Part shown: piece after piece, positions 12,565-25,600 of the stretch
Numbering within the stretch: the stretch's first letter is position 1
How the letters are laid out: every line of letters begins with the position of its first letter
NCBI GenBank assembly: GCA_035084275.1
Contig: CM068744.1
Location: 17,360,001-17,424,000, forward strand
Direction of reading: 5' to 3'
Source of the DNA: Hydrolagus colliei
Lineage: Eukaryota
Length of the DNA stretch: 64,000 nucleotides
The notes under the pieces: model-generated
What the model saw: the letters and a program-made list of their open reading frames with translations, nothing else
The model's database searches: none
What the model was told of the DNA's origin: nothing
Position numbers and translations under genes: made by a program

Positions 12565-12999
12565 CTATATAGGTTTCAAGTCCCAATGTGGGGCTTGAAC
12601 TCACAACCTTCTGACTGACAGGCTGGACTGACAGCTCAGAGGGTAACTGAGCCAGACTAACACATCTTATGAAACAAACTCATACATTATATAAGAAAGA
12701 TAACAAAGTGACAAATATTACAGCAATATTGCCAATTAAGATTCATGAACAACTTAAACACTGCTCATTGACTTCACTATTTCTCATGTTTTATGCCTTT
12801 TTCCTAATTTTTCTATGTTTTAACTACATCTTGCTTTTCTGTGCCTTCAAATTGTTGCATTCATTGTGGAAGTGTGTTCCAGTGTGTTCAAAACGTCTGA
12901 AAATTTGCTCGAAATGCTGCTTCATGGACAATCACAGCTCAGGGTTTAGAAAATGATGGATTGTTTTCTATCTATTGTCCTGACTCAGGACAATATTCA

Positions 13000-13555
13000 A
13001 AACGAGGCAAACAGGATGTTAGGCTGCATTGCGATATTAGTTGTGTTTAGATCTCCAGTCAATCTCAAGCTGTACAATGTTGTTCAGGTCAGACCAAACC
13101 TTGAACAGTTCTGGTCAGAATGACATAAGGGAGGTTTTCAAGTCCTAGAAGTGGTAAAGAGGAGAGCAACAAGGATAATTCCCAGTGTTAGAGAAATGAG
13201 CTATGAGCAATGGCTAGACAAGCTCAGGCTCTTCAGTCTTGAAAAAGGACAACTTATACAGGATCTCATTCAGGTGTGTATTTTAAATGGTATTGGAAAA
13301 GTAAATCCAGATGAATAATTTAGGATGTATCATGGCAATAGAAAAAGAGGAGATAAGTTTAGAATTGTAAAGGGAAATTTCAGGACAAATACCAAGAAGC
13401 TTTTTCTTTATGCAGAGGGTAATCAACAACTGGAACAGGTTGCTAGACAAGGTGGTTGAGGCCAGGACAGTGGACTCATTTAAAAAGTAGCTTGATGCAG
13501 TGATGGGGGAACAATTGGGATGAAATGAGATGAGATGGGATGGGCTGGGCTGAAG
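13000..13555 (+). mobile_element. Old CR1 LINE 3' fragment
   Basis: Decayed ANRMLGCI, RRATRIIP, SYEQWLDKLRLFSLEK and QRVINNWNRL motifs. Confidence 0.82.
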
Positions 13556-15635
13556 CACCTTCTTGGAAGGTCCTCCTGATGTGAAAGGCACTCTATAAAT
13601 GTAATTTTGTTGTTGTTTCGTTGTCGATGTTCTTCATCCAGTCCAATCTTGTGATCTTGTGACTTTTGTTGGAACACTGTGAAAACATTTGTGGTTACCT
13701 TGATGCTGTCCTGGCAGCAGATGACACCCTGACAAAATTATTTTTCACTGGGGCTTTGAAGGTTGAACCTCTATAAAACTTTTATGTGGAAATTTTTAGC
13801 AATTTTTAAAAAATTCAAAGCAGACTATATCCAGTCATATTTTCCTCTCAACTATTGCAAACAATTCCTGAAACAATTCCAGGCGCCTTGTGAGGCTGAA
13901 TTAAAGGCATGCTGACTGCTTCTTATGACCACTGCACTCTTCATATGAACATGATTGATTCTTAAAATAGTTAATGATACTTTTTCTATTCCCAGTGTTA
14001 GACTAAGTGACCTATAATTCCGGGGTCCATGACATCTTCCTATATGAATATCAAACAAACTTTTCAAATTCTCCATTCATTTTTCCAGACCCAGCTAATG
14101 TATTTGTGGAAATTCTAAAAATATGAACCAGCGACTTGCCTATTTCCTCTCACATTTCCTTGGAGGATTATAGCATGAGTGCTCTTTGGTCATATATATC
14201 CTTGTGTTTCATCACAATGTGTATATCATTAATGTCTACATACGTATTGAACCCCACTGACTTGAATTTGGAATTTGTCTATAGCTTTACATGGCCATAA
14301 TTTCAAAAATGCAATTAATATTTTATGGCTCAGATGAAGAAGATTGATTTGTATTTTGTGCTTGCATGCAATATTGAGTCAAAGGAGATGACAAATTCAG
14401 TTTAATCTTTAACCCTTAAAGTACCGGGGTTAGCTTTAGGTTTTGTGACACTCTGATATGTTTTAGATGTGAAAAGCATGTACGGGATTAACAAGGTCAC
14501 ATTTATAATATCTCTATATTGCCCTTCCATTTTTTTCGCTTTATGGCTGCATGTGGCACAACTGCAAATTGGCTGTTGTGCTTACCTACAAAACTAGACA
14601 GTCACTACACTTCATTGTATATCTTGTGAATCGTTTTGAGACATCCTCCTGACATAAAAGGAGCTTTATCAAACGCATGGATAATTATTATCCTTAGGGT
14701 CCAGAATGGAAGTGGAAGGTTGCAAAACGGTGAAAATAAATCCCAAATAATAAAAATGAGTTAAAATAAAAATAGGACAAAGAAAGAATAGGGAAGAAGA
14801 AACATCCTGAAAACAGATAGTGCTTTTAATCCTATCTATACCTACTTATCTGTCACAGTTAGTGTTGACTCAATATTTTTACAATATCAGATGAATGCTA
14901 AGTGCCTGGTATAAATCAGGTTTCGAAGCGTTCATTTTATTCCAAATCTGTCGAAACCTCTCCAGGAGGTGGCTTATGAATGGGATTGATGCATCGGCAA
15001 CAGAATAAATCAGGTTAGTCTGGAGCCAAAAGCAAAGGACCTTTTAAACTTAAAAAATGAAAAATTATTTTGGTTAGGGCTCATGTTTTTTTTAACCGAT
15101 GTTAGAAAAACAAACGGGTTAACTGCACAATAGGCATGGAAACTGAGGTTGCCTACAAGACTAGTTTTGAAATGAGAAACTTAAAACCTCCTTACCGTTC
15201 CTAATCACTCAATTACTGTGAATGAATTGTATGAAGGACACCAATATTTTTGATATGCTTATGAAAATATATATATTTGTTTTAGTGGATCACATGTATG
15301 ATAGTAATAAAGAATTGTTGATGTTTGAATGTTTTTATTACTGTAACAAAAATATTATTTTCAGTATCACAGTGCATGAGCTGAAAATGTTTTGAAGTAG
15401 TCAGCCCACTTCTTAAGGGATAAATCCTTTGATCAGTTGCTTTGTTGTCTTCTTGCGGAAGTCTTATTTTTATGAGAAATATCACTACATTATGATTTTC
15501 CATCAGGTGGCTCACTTTCTTCACACAAGGGATATGACAAATTTAATGGAAAAATAATCCTTACACTTGATATAGCGTCTGTGATGTCAAAACATCTCAA
15601 ACTGCTTTGCAGGGAATTTCCATAAAAGGAATATA

Positions 15636-16821
15636 CAGGCAGACTCCGCTTACCGAATGCCCGATTACCGAAACTTCACTATAACGAGGGTTTCTATTTG
15701 TACAATTTCTCCGCTTAACAAAGGCTGCATTCGCTATAACGAACGTTTACACACACTTTAAATCTCGCGGGCTTCTCGTGCGCAGCTTCTTATGCGCAGC
15801 TTCTCTCTGGTTGCCCCAGCAATGCACTCAGTCTTTAGTGTGCCTCAGTTAAGCAGTGCAGTGCAGTCCCTCCCATATGGGAGGAGCTTAAGCGGCAGGA
15901 TGCTTTGTGGCTTCAATAATAGTAAGTCGAGATAGGGAGGAGGGGATAGAGAGATAGAGAGGAGGGGGAGATAGAGAGAAAGGGGGGCGATAGAGGGGAG
16001 GGGAGATAGAGGGGAGGGGGGATAGAGAGGAGGCGGGATAGAGAGATAGAAAGGATGAGGGGGATAGAGAGCAGGTTGGGATAGAGAGATTGGGGAGGGG
16101 GGAATAGAGAGGGAGGGGAGGAGGGATAGAGAGGAGTGGGGGATAAAGAGATAGAGAGGAGTGGGGAAATAGAGAGGGAGGGGAGGAGATGGGGGATAGA
16201 GAGATAGAGAGGAGAGGGGATGGAGAGATAGAGAGGAGGGGATAGAGAGATAGACAGGAGGACGGGATAGAGAGGGAGAGGAGGGGGTAATAGAGAGGGA
16301 GGGGAGGTAGAGAGATAGAGATGGAGGGGGTGATAGAGAGATAGAGAGGAGAGGGGGGTAGAGAGATAGAGAGAGGGTGGGGGGGGGGGGGGTAGAGAGG
16401 AGGGGGTGGGGGGGGTAGAGAGATAGAGAGAGTGTGGGGAGGGTAGAGAGAAAGAAAGGAGGGAGAGGAAGAAAGAAGCACGTCATGAGTCCGGAAATGC
16501 CTGGGCCCAGGTTGCGATATTTCAGTGAAGTGACTGTGAAGACCTGGCCTAAAGAAGGTAGGATTGGCGTTTTTATTCCTGCAGTTTTTGTCACATTCCA
16601 GATTCCGGAACTCCGGACTTTTGGCTGCTCAACCTGTACACCGAAAATATTAGCACTAGGAGCCGCTAGGAACTAAACTGATTTTAGAGGGGAGGTTCGG
16701 GTCGGGGCGGCGTTTTGGCTGCGGCCAAATATAGTAATACAGTTAAACTCTCGCTTAACAAAATGTTCGTTTAATGAAAGGTTTTAAAGTTCCTAACCCT
16801 TCATTAAGCGGGGTCTACTTG
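15636..16821. mobile_element. Tigger/pogo-like non-autonomous DNA transposon (about 1.19 kb, composite)
   Basis: TA|CAGGCAGACTCCGCTTACCGAA ... TTCATTAAGCGGGGTCTACTTG|TA imperfect ~22-bp TIRs with TA TSD. Confidence 0.8.
15927..16478 (+). repeat. Polypurine (GGGGGATAGAGAGATAGAGAGGA-like) tract
   Basis: About 550 bp almost entirely G/A; source of the spurious Pro/Leu/Ser-rich ORFs. Confidence 0.93.
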
Positions 16822-16974
16822 TACCACTTTCAGTTAGGAAACATAAACAGGAGTTTTAAAACATTATAGACAATTTTAGGAAGTTAGGAAGACATAAGTT
16901 TCCTTTCACCAATTGAAATCCTGGATAACATTGTATTTGAATATAAGAGACTGTCATATTTCACTGGGGCAGTG

Positions 16975-18016
16975 TGAGTTTCAACATCTATATGCTTCCC
17001 CTTGGTGACATCTCAGACATGGGGTCAACTTACATATGTATGTAGATGACACCCAATTTTATCTTTCTGCCTACACCCTCGATTCCAGGACCACTGCTGT
17101 CCTGACAGACTGCCTATTGGACAACAAGTCTTGGACACGAGCTAACTTTCTACATTTGAATGTGAACAAGACTGAGGCCCTTCTGATTGGCTTGAGCCAA
17201 CTCCTCCACACCTCAGGCACTGGTAGCATCAACCTCCAAGGTTGCTCACCAAGCCAGTCAGGAAACTAGGTGTTTTGTTTGATTGATTCTCAACTGTCTT
17301 TTCTCACTTACATCCATGCTATGACCCTCTCTGCCATCCCTCATCTTCGCAATATTGCCCAACTCTGCCACTGCCTCAACCCTTAGGCAGCTGAAACTCT
17401 CATTCATGCCTTCATCATGTCCAGGCTTGATTATGCCAATGCTCTGGTTGGCAGCCTGCCCAACCTCTCCCTCCATAGACTGCAGATCGTCCAGAACTCT
17501 TCAGCCTGTGCCCTCTCCCACTCCAAGCTTCGCAACCCTATCAACCCAATTCTTGCTCGACTCCACTGGCTTCCCATCACTCAAAGGATACAATTCAAGA
17601 TCCTGTCCTCATCTTTAAAGCCTTCCATGGTCTGGCCCCACCCTACCTCTGTGACCTCCAAACCTCCTACCTAACTCCTTCCTAACCCTCTCCGCTCTGC
17701 AGTCTCCGGCCTGCTCCATGTTCCCTGACCCACCAGCCCCACCATCAGTGAGTGAGCTTTTAGCCACCCTGCCCCCACCTGTTGGAATTCACCCAGCAAT
17801 TTCTCTTTCTTGCCCCCTCCCTTGACTCCTTCAAGTCCCACCTCAAGACCCTCCTCTTTGACAGAGCCATGAGTTGACCCCTTTCCACTCCCTTCACCTC
17901 TCTTCCCTCCACCCTCCCTGATCCCGACTCCAGCTTGGGTCCGAAACACTGACTGTGCAGTGCCTTGGGATGTCTTCCCGACATGAGAGGCACTACACAA
18001 ATGTAATTTTGCTGTT
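16975..18016 (+). mobile_element. L2 LINE 3' portion, including an RT YxDD remnant
   Basis: MYVDDTQFY, SRLDYANAL and LHWLPITQRIQFKIL motifs; L2-type tail. Confidence 0.9.
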
Positions 18017-18279
18017 GAGTTATCATCCACAGCAACAACAATTTATACTTATATAACACATTTTACCATTGTAATGTCTCAGATTGCTAAGTGAAGCATT
18101 GGAACATATCACAGATATCCTCCATTTTATATTCATTTTCATATTTGCATGCACTTTACTGTCAAACTTTTCTATTAGCTCAATTCATCTGGATTTTTTT
18201 TTAGTTAGCTACACCTCAAAAAGAGAACCTTCCAAAATGTAAGTAGAGGCAGGAAAAATTCAGTAAATTAGTTACACAT

Positions 18280-18450
18280 AAATAATAATAATCCTTGATA
18301 TAGACTTATTATGTCTTCTCGATGTCTCAAAGCGCTTCACAGAATGTAATGTAGAGTAAACTAACTGTATGTTTTTATGGGTGAAACGCAGCAGCCAATT
18401 GCATGGCAATGGCCCACAAACAGTCGTGGACTGAGTGACCAAATTATTAA
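18280..18450 (-). mobile_element. SINE 3' half
   Basis: (AAT)n-ccttg tail and gcagccaattgca...cccacaaacagtcgtgga body. Confidence 0.75.
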
Positions 18451-20179
18451 TATATTTTGAAATGAACAGGAATCTTGCTTGCAGCTAAAGGTGCTACAGC
18501 TATAACAGAATAAAGATCAATGTAGTAAAGGGCTTGGTTCCTTAATGGACAAGTAAAATACCAGCCCTTTGAATATGTCTTTATTTTGTCTGTAATATAA
18601 TCTTTTACTGTCACTTACCAGTGTTCATTTATGCCACCGTTGATATCATTGGTCATGTTGAAACTATGCAGAAAATTGATACAGCAGAATTTACTAACAC
18701 TTTGGAATAAAATTAGCCACTAACCGTGTAGCCAGATGGAATGGAATGAGTGACAAGCAAGCCAGCCAAGTTTCCACTGCTTGGTTCAGTTCAATCTAAC
18801 TCCTTCATAGAGTGGAATTGGGACAAAGGTTTTTGTCTTTAAACATATTTCCAAGATTTTTTTAAAAAACTTTGCAGGTGGGGTTTTATAGAGCCTTCTT
18901 CATTTTTTTTGAATGTTGACTTTTTAAATCAGACCCAATAGAGTCCATCTGCTCTGCGCTAAACTTTCTGTAGGTGCAGCTGCTTTCTTTTGGGATTTGG
19001 ATACATTCTGAACTTTTTCCACCGCACACATCTTTGCAGGGCTGAAATTCTGTCCATGGCCATTTGTGATTTTGTTTTCTCCCTCAAAAATATTAATGTT
19101 AGCCGATTCCAAGTTAAGATTTCGCATTTGTTTGGAATGATCGACTTCACCCTCCCATTAAAATGTATTTCAGCTGCAGTATAAGAGCACTTTTCACTTG
19201 GGGTGAAAACCTTCCTGTGTTGTCACCAGTTCTAGCTAATTTGTTTCACAGCACAAATTGGGCAGATTTCATAGACAAAATAATTTAAAGTCGGATTATT
19301 ATATCCTGTGGAAGGTGGAAACATAATCAGTTCAACTACAGTTCAGAAAATTATCTGAAGATGTATTGTTTTTGTGAAGGTTTAAAATGGACATAATCTG
19401 TTTCAAGACTGTGCTTTCTCTATTCTTACTACTACTGCCAAAAATTTTAAATCAGCCAACTCCTAAAGCAGTGAAATGTCTGAAATAATGAAGTATTTTC
19501 CTTAGAAATCCTCAGAGAATTCAGAACGTGAAAGCCAGCTCACTGCACAGCCTTTTCTCTGTGCTTTCAACACCTTGCCTCATTCAAACAATATCGTCTA
19601 TCTTATGAAACAACAATCTTTTTGCTCACTCCTTATATTTGGATTTCCCTGATTAAGTCATAACAAAAGACAACTATACTCAGCAATTAGTGCAAGGTAG
19701 TCTACAATGATAACAGGCTTTGTGCCGAGTCAATGACATTTTTATGTCAAATTGGCACAGACACTGTAATATAATTTAAGTTTCAGCAGCCTGTTGCACC
19801 TACTTCAGGCAAGTTGTGTGACTCCACCACAGAGAGATAGTTTTGACTCTAGCGATAAAAATAATCTTTGTATTTTTTAATTCTTGCATTTAGTCTGTAT
19901 ATAATTGGAATATGGGTTCAGAAGGCATGAAGCAAACCTTCAAACCTCATGTTTTTCAATAAAGAATCACCAAAATCATTTAGGTGACTGGGCAGGATCG
20001 CTAGGTAGGAGACACAGAGTTATTACTTCAATTATGGCTTTTACTTCTCGGCTTGGAGTGAAAATTTCACCAGAATTGACTTGAATTGGTTCTATGATCT
20101 TTCTGTTTGAGCGGCAGTTATAAAAATATATTACTGTAATATTGATTGTTATTTTTTAGCATCGAAGTGCCTGAGATGA

Positions 20180-21265
20180 TTACAACAACAACAACTCACA
20201 CAGCACCATCCACGCAGGGTAACATCTCAGAGCGATTAACCGATTAATAAGCTAGTGAGGGGGGAACTGGGGAGGTGACTGTGAGCATGGTTGAAAAGGA
20301 AGAGAGGGGGCAAAGTAGAGGGATTGAGAGAGAAATGCAGGAGGGTTGAGGGTGAGTGTTCCAGAGTTTCGGGGTGTAGTGGCTGAAAGCACAACCTCCA
20401 ATTGTGTAGCGGAGAGTGCGAAGGACAAGTAGGAGGCTGGTATGATTCATCAGAGGCGCAGGGTGGTGGATTGGGGAGTGCAGAGGTTGGAGAGGTAGAG
20501 AGGAGCCAGAGAGTAAAGGGATTTCAACATGAGTGTGAAGATATCTTGAAGTTGATCCATTCGTTCATCTGGAGCCTGGCCAGAACTGGTGAGATGGGGT
20601 TAAGTATGTGGGTAGCAGAGTTCTGAATGAGCTGGATTTTTTGGATAGTGGAGTTGGGGAGTCCGTCGAGATGTGTGTTTGAGGAATCCAGGCAGGAGGT
20701 ACACAAAAGTTTCAGCTGCAATTGGGATTAGGTATGGTTGGAAGCAGGCAAGGTGGCGGAGGTGGAAGAAGTTGGTCTTGGTTAGGGACCAGATATGGGG
20801 GAGGAAGGACGATATATAGATGAGGAAAAGAAGAGGATCAAGGAAAGAATCGTTGGGTACCCTGCGGGTGAAGGTGGGAGGAGAAACCATTTGCCAAGAT
20901 AAGGTTAGTTCAGTAGGACTCGAACCATTCAAATTCGGTCTCACCAAGGTGGATGAGGGATGAGAGGCGCTGGAGGAGTATGATGTGGTGCATTGTGTCG
21001 AACACGGCTGAGAGATCTAGGTGGACAAGGAGAAAGAGGAAGCCCTGGTCACACATAGAGAGAATGTAATTTGTGCCTTTCACAAATGCTGCCTCTGTGC
21101 TATGGGCTGGGCGAAAACCAGACTGCAGGGGCTCAAGGAAGGAGTGGAGGGAGAGGTTTTACCGATGTTGACCCTCAACAATGCATTGCAGGACATTGGC
21201 AAGGAAGGTTAGGTTGGAAATGGTCTGGTAGTATGAGAGATTAGAGGGATCGAGCCTGGGTTATT
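20180..21265 (-). mobile_element. Old L2 LINE fragment with deletions
   Basis: (CAA)n tail at 20181; KIQLIQNSA, PKLWN and LDLSAVFDT remnants. Confidence 0.82.
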
Positions 21266-21828
21266 GTACAACATACAATAAGCACATTAAATCATGATGT
21301 TCTGAACCACCTATTGGTATTTAAAAATGAACCGCAATTGGCGGTTAAAAATTCTTGACCCATCAAATAACACACAATTTATATTCATAGAGTGGGGAGG
21401 AGGGGGCTTCTACTTATTTGATAATATTATATGTTTATCATCATTTGGGACTGAACAGAGGACCTTTGTGTATATGCTTAGTGATATGAGTATAGCTGTC
21501 TGCTAGCACTGTAACTCCAGTCTGCAGACTCATAACATCAGGCAGTCATTACTACAGGACCCCACGTTGAATGTAATTTGTACCACAAAATAAAAGCATA
21601 ACACAATATTCGCCAAGAAGACGATTAATCCTAATGTTATTTAAATATGTTGCAGAAAGATGAACAATGAAAGTCCTGAAAACATTTGAAAAGTGAGTGT
21701 GTGTCTCCTGTCTGTGTTTCCCATTCACAGGAAATGTTTTCACGGTACTTCAGGGATAAAACTATGATGCTACAAATTGAAATAAATATCCACGAAGGTC
21801 GGAAGGTTCACTGACAATGTTCTTTCAC

Positions 21829-21938
21829 CTGTGAATCATTGGGCACCAATCCAGGGCGGAGAACAAATCTCCACGCTCGGTTCCTGAAGGACATGACGTG
21901 AAGTCAGTTCGACTGAAATGCGGACTCATTCTCACAAT
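21829..21938 (-). other. Candidate 110-nt exon of an unidentified transcript
   Basis: Minus strand: TACTAAT branch-like site, T8-CTGTGCTGCAG acceptor, CAG|GTGAAA donor; CpG-retaining unique sequence; one open frame (IVRMSPHFSRTDFTSCPSGTERGDLFSALDWCPMIH) with no recognised homology. Confidence 0.33.
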
Positions 21939-22684
21939 CTGCAGCACAGAAAAAAAAACTATTGGCAGCAATGTTTTATTAGTAAAATAACCATGTAGTA
22001 AATACAATTTGCATTTAATTTCGGATATTTCATGTCTGGATAATACCTCAAAGAGCTTTACACAGCTAATAGATTTAATAGGTCTCAATGCTCATTGTAG
22101 CTAAACATTTTATATGCTCTAAAATTCAGATGTCTGGCATAAGTGTCTGTTGGTTGAGAAAGTGAGAGACTGTTTGAATTGATTCAGAGTATCATGTTTT
22201 TCATAGGTCAATCCTCAGCAGTTCATCCTGCATTGCTCTGATGTACATCTTTTACACCAAAGCTCACAACAGGATATCCAGCAATTCAATGCTAGTGTCA
22301 CAGGTGGTCAGTAGTCCAGCTGCAAAGAACTTCCTGTCAGGGGGCTGACTCGATCCAAAGGAAGAACTGTTTCTTTCCTGTTTAAATCTGCTTGAACAAC
22401 AAAAAATGAAGGGTGCGGAGGAGGCCTGTATGCCCTCACTACAGTTACCTACACTGCAGCTTTTGTTGTTCAGAGTGTAGGCAATGTTCATGCACTTAAC
22501 AAATAACAATGTCAAGTGCTGAGCTGGCAGCATTGTTCAGCTGTACTGTGCAATGCTGTACTTGTTGGAAAGAAGTGTTGCAATTCTTGGTTTAAGTGGA
22601 TATATGTCAAATGTGTGCGCTACCACAGAGAGAATGCTGCAATTTCAGTTAAAAATTTGCGTTAAATTTTGTAATATTAGATTA

Positions 22685-24510
22685 ATAGATTCATAGATTC
22701 ATAGAATTTTACGGCACAAAAGGAGGCCATTCGGCCCATCTAGTCTGTGCCGGCTCTTTGAAAAGAGCGATTCAATCCCACTGCCCTGCCCGCTCCCCAT
22801 AGCCTAATAGACCTGTTCTCCCTAAATAAAGATCTAATTCCCTTTTAAAAGTTGTTATCGAGTCAGCCTCCACCACCTTTTCAGGCAATGCATTCCAGAT
22901 TCGAACAACTCGCTGAGTGAAAAAATTTCTCCTCAGCTCCCCTCTACTTCGCCTTGAAACTATTTTAAATCTGTGACCACGAGTCACAGATTCGCCCACG
23001 AGTGGAAATAATTTTTCTCTATTTGCCCTGTCGAAACCCCTCATGATTTTATAAACCTCTATTAGGTCTCCCCTCAATCTTCTCTGCTCCAGAGAGAATA
23101 ACCCTAGCCTATCTAGCCTCTCCTCATAGCTGAAGTCCCTCAATCCTGGCACCATCCTAGTAAATCTTCGTTGTACCCTTTCCAATGCCTTCACATCCTT
23201 TCTGTAGTGTGGTGACCAGAATTGAACACAGTATTCCAGCTGAGACCTCACCAAAGTCTTATAGAGATTAGTCAGCACTTCCTGACTTTTGTACTCTATA
23301 CCCCTATTTATAAAGCCTAGTATCCCATATGCCTTCTTAACAGCCTTGTCTACCTGTCCTGCCACCTTCAACGAGTCACTAACACAAATCCCCAGGTCTC
23401 TCTGTTCCTTCACACCATTTAAAATTTTACTATCTAGCCTATATTGCCTCCCTTCATTTCTTCTCCCAAAATGCATCACCTCACACTTCTCTGCATTAAA
23501 CTTCATCTGCCATGTGTCTGCCCACTTTACCAATTTGTCTATATCCTCTTGCAGATGGCTACTATCCTCCTCACTATTTAGTATTCTCCCTAACTTAGTG
23601 TCATCTGCAAACTTGGAAACCGTACACCCAAGTCCAGATCATTGATGTAGATTACAAACAGCAATGGTCCCAAAACTGATCCCTGTGGCACACCACTGCT
23701 CACTTCCCTCCAGTCTGAAAAACAGCCGCTCACTACAACTCTCTGCTTTCTGTCTCGCAGCCAGTTGTAGATCCACGCTGCCACTGTCCCTTTTACGCCA
23801 TGGGCCTTTAATTTCCTAATAAGTCTCTCATATGGCACTTTGTCAAATGCCTTTTGAAAGTCCATGTAAACTACATCAACTGCGCTACCATTATCCACCC
23901 ATTCCGTTACCTCATCAAAAAATTCTATCAGATTTGTAAGGCAAGATTTGCCTTTAACAAATCCATGTTGACTGTCCTTTATTAGCCTATATCTTTCTAA
24001 GTGAAGATCTACCTTGTCCCTGATTATGGACTCTAGACGTTTGCCCACTACCGACGTTAGACTGACTGGTCTGTAGTTACCAGGCTTGTCCTTCTGCCCC
24101 TTTTTATACAAGGGAGTAACATTAGCTATCCTCCAGTCCTCTGGCACGACCCCTGTGTCCAAGGAAGATTGAAAGATCGTGGCCAGAGTCCCTGCAATTT
24201 GCTCCCGTGCCTCCCTTAGTAACCTAGGGTGCATCCCATCCGGACCAGGTGACTTATCCACCTTGAGCGACGTCAACCTTTTTAGCACTTCCTCTCTGGT
24301 TATAATTATTCTATCCATTTCTCCTACCCTCTCCTCCAATACCATGGCATTGGCTGTATCCTTTTCTTTTGTGAAGACAGAGGCGAAGTACTCATTCAGT
24401 ACATCAGCCATGCCCTCTGCCTCCACAATGAGATTTCCTCCTAGGTCCCTAATTGGCCCCACCCTATCCTTGACCAACCTTTTACTCTTAATATGTTGGT
24501 AAAAAACATT
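22685..24510 (-). mobile_element. Young 5'-truncated CR1 LINE (RT domain, one frameshift)
   Basis: [35 protein letters not shown]; frameshift near 23620 just before SKFADDTKL; (ATCTATGA)n-type tail; possible TSD TTAATAGA (22682-22689, 24513-24520). Confidence 0.96.
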
Positions 24511-24910
24511 GTTTAATAGAATCATTTTGTTTTACAACTATTGGCCGATTGTGTCTGTAATGACTATAAAAGATCTATTTCAGGGTGACCAATCTTTATG
24601 GTTGGCCAACAAAATACATTTTCCAGATTGAGTGAATATTTCCAAAATTGATGCCATAAATGAAGAAATATTCAATCAAGAACACACAGGAAACAAACCA
24701 GCACTTGAATATGGACTTACCAAGACTCATGAGAATGTTCGGGAGATCAGTTCTTGATGTCCACCACTGAACTATCTTCAGTATTTAACCCCTGCCATTT
24801 CCCCAAATTCATTTATATATTTTCAACTATTTGCCCAATTTCCTTTCAGGAACATAGAAATAGGATGAGGTCATTCAGCTCCTTGAGCCTGTTCTGCCGT
24901 TCTACTAGAT

Positions 24911-25115
24911 CAGTGTAGTCCAACATGTTGTCCAGAGACTGCATCCGGTGGGTGATTTTATCCAGCCCGAGACGTGGTCCAACATTTTGAATTCCGCTGT
25001 CTCCTGTGAAAGAAGAGAGAGTGTGTGAGAGAGAGAATGGAGAATGATTGAGAGAAGGAAAACAAGGGAGAGCAGGAGAAAGAGGAACAAAAAGAAAGAG
25101 AGAGGAAAAGTGAGA
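24911..25115 (+). mobile_element. Probable hAT-Charlie-like left end followed by a GA-rich tract
   Basis: tactagat|CAGTGTAGTCCAAC...gcatccgg...ttttatccagcccg resembles MER58/MER45-type ends and their CTAG-containing target; no right end found. Confidence 0.45.
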
Positions 25116-25239
25116 GCAGTTTGGGTGGATAACTGTCAGGAGAGATGTTCAGAGTCTCCCTCAATAGCTGTGAGGAGGGAACAAGGACAGGCACAAAGAT
25201 ACGTGCCATTAAGTTTCCTCTCACAAAGCTCCCTCTTTC

Positions 25240-25600
25240 TCCAGTGAAAAAACCTCTCTACATCCTTCATTTCCCCCACCCACTTCTACGACCTCCCAAC
25301 ATGGCTGTTTCCTTAACCCGGCAAACACTGGCTTGCATCACGCCCCCCAACCCATCTGCCCCACCATTGCCATTTTGCCCCTGCTTTCTGGAGTTCCATT
25401 CCTGGAATCCCTCCAACTTGCTCCCACCTTGGTTTCAATGCACATCAAGACGTAACTCTTTGACTATGCTTTTGGTCATCTTTCCCCATTCCCATCCCAC
25501 CTTCCGCAGCTCTCATCCCCATCTCAGTTGCCCAGCCGCTGGTGTTGAGTGCTTCAAGATACCCTTCCAAAATGAAAGAGATGCTGTGTCAATGTTGTTA
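25240..25600 (+). mobile_element. Old L2 3' fragment
   Basis: ctggaatccctcc, tctttgactatgcttttggtca and a degenerate tail. Confidence 0.55.

Larger units (their letters stand above)
11690..12665 (-). mobile_element. DeuSINE 5' half split by a hAT insertion
   Basis: acctcctacaatgcagcac...ctagactatatag before 11787 continues as gtttcaagtcccaatgtggggcttgaactcacaaccttctgac after 12572, collinear with 50330-50470. Confidence 0.75.

Noticed and set aside
15845-16594. 249-aa and 197-aa Pro/Leu/Ser-rich ORFs
   Set aside because: Stop-poor polypyrimidine strand of the GA tract; low complexity
22772-24525. RT ORFs as a host gene or novel RT system
   Set aside because: Canonical CR1 ORF2: 5'-truncated, frameshifted and ending in a CR1 tail
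24716-24795. Minus-strand exon with a strong GTAAGT donor
   Set aside because: The acceptor is purine-rich and lies in a CR1-like remnant; no supporting partner exon
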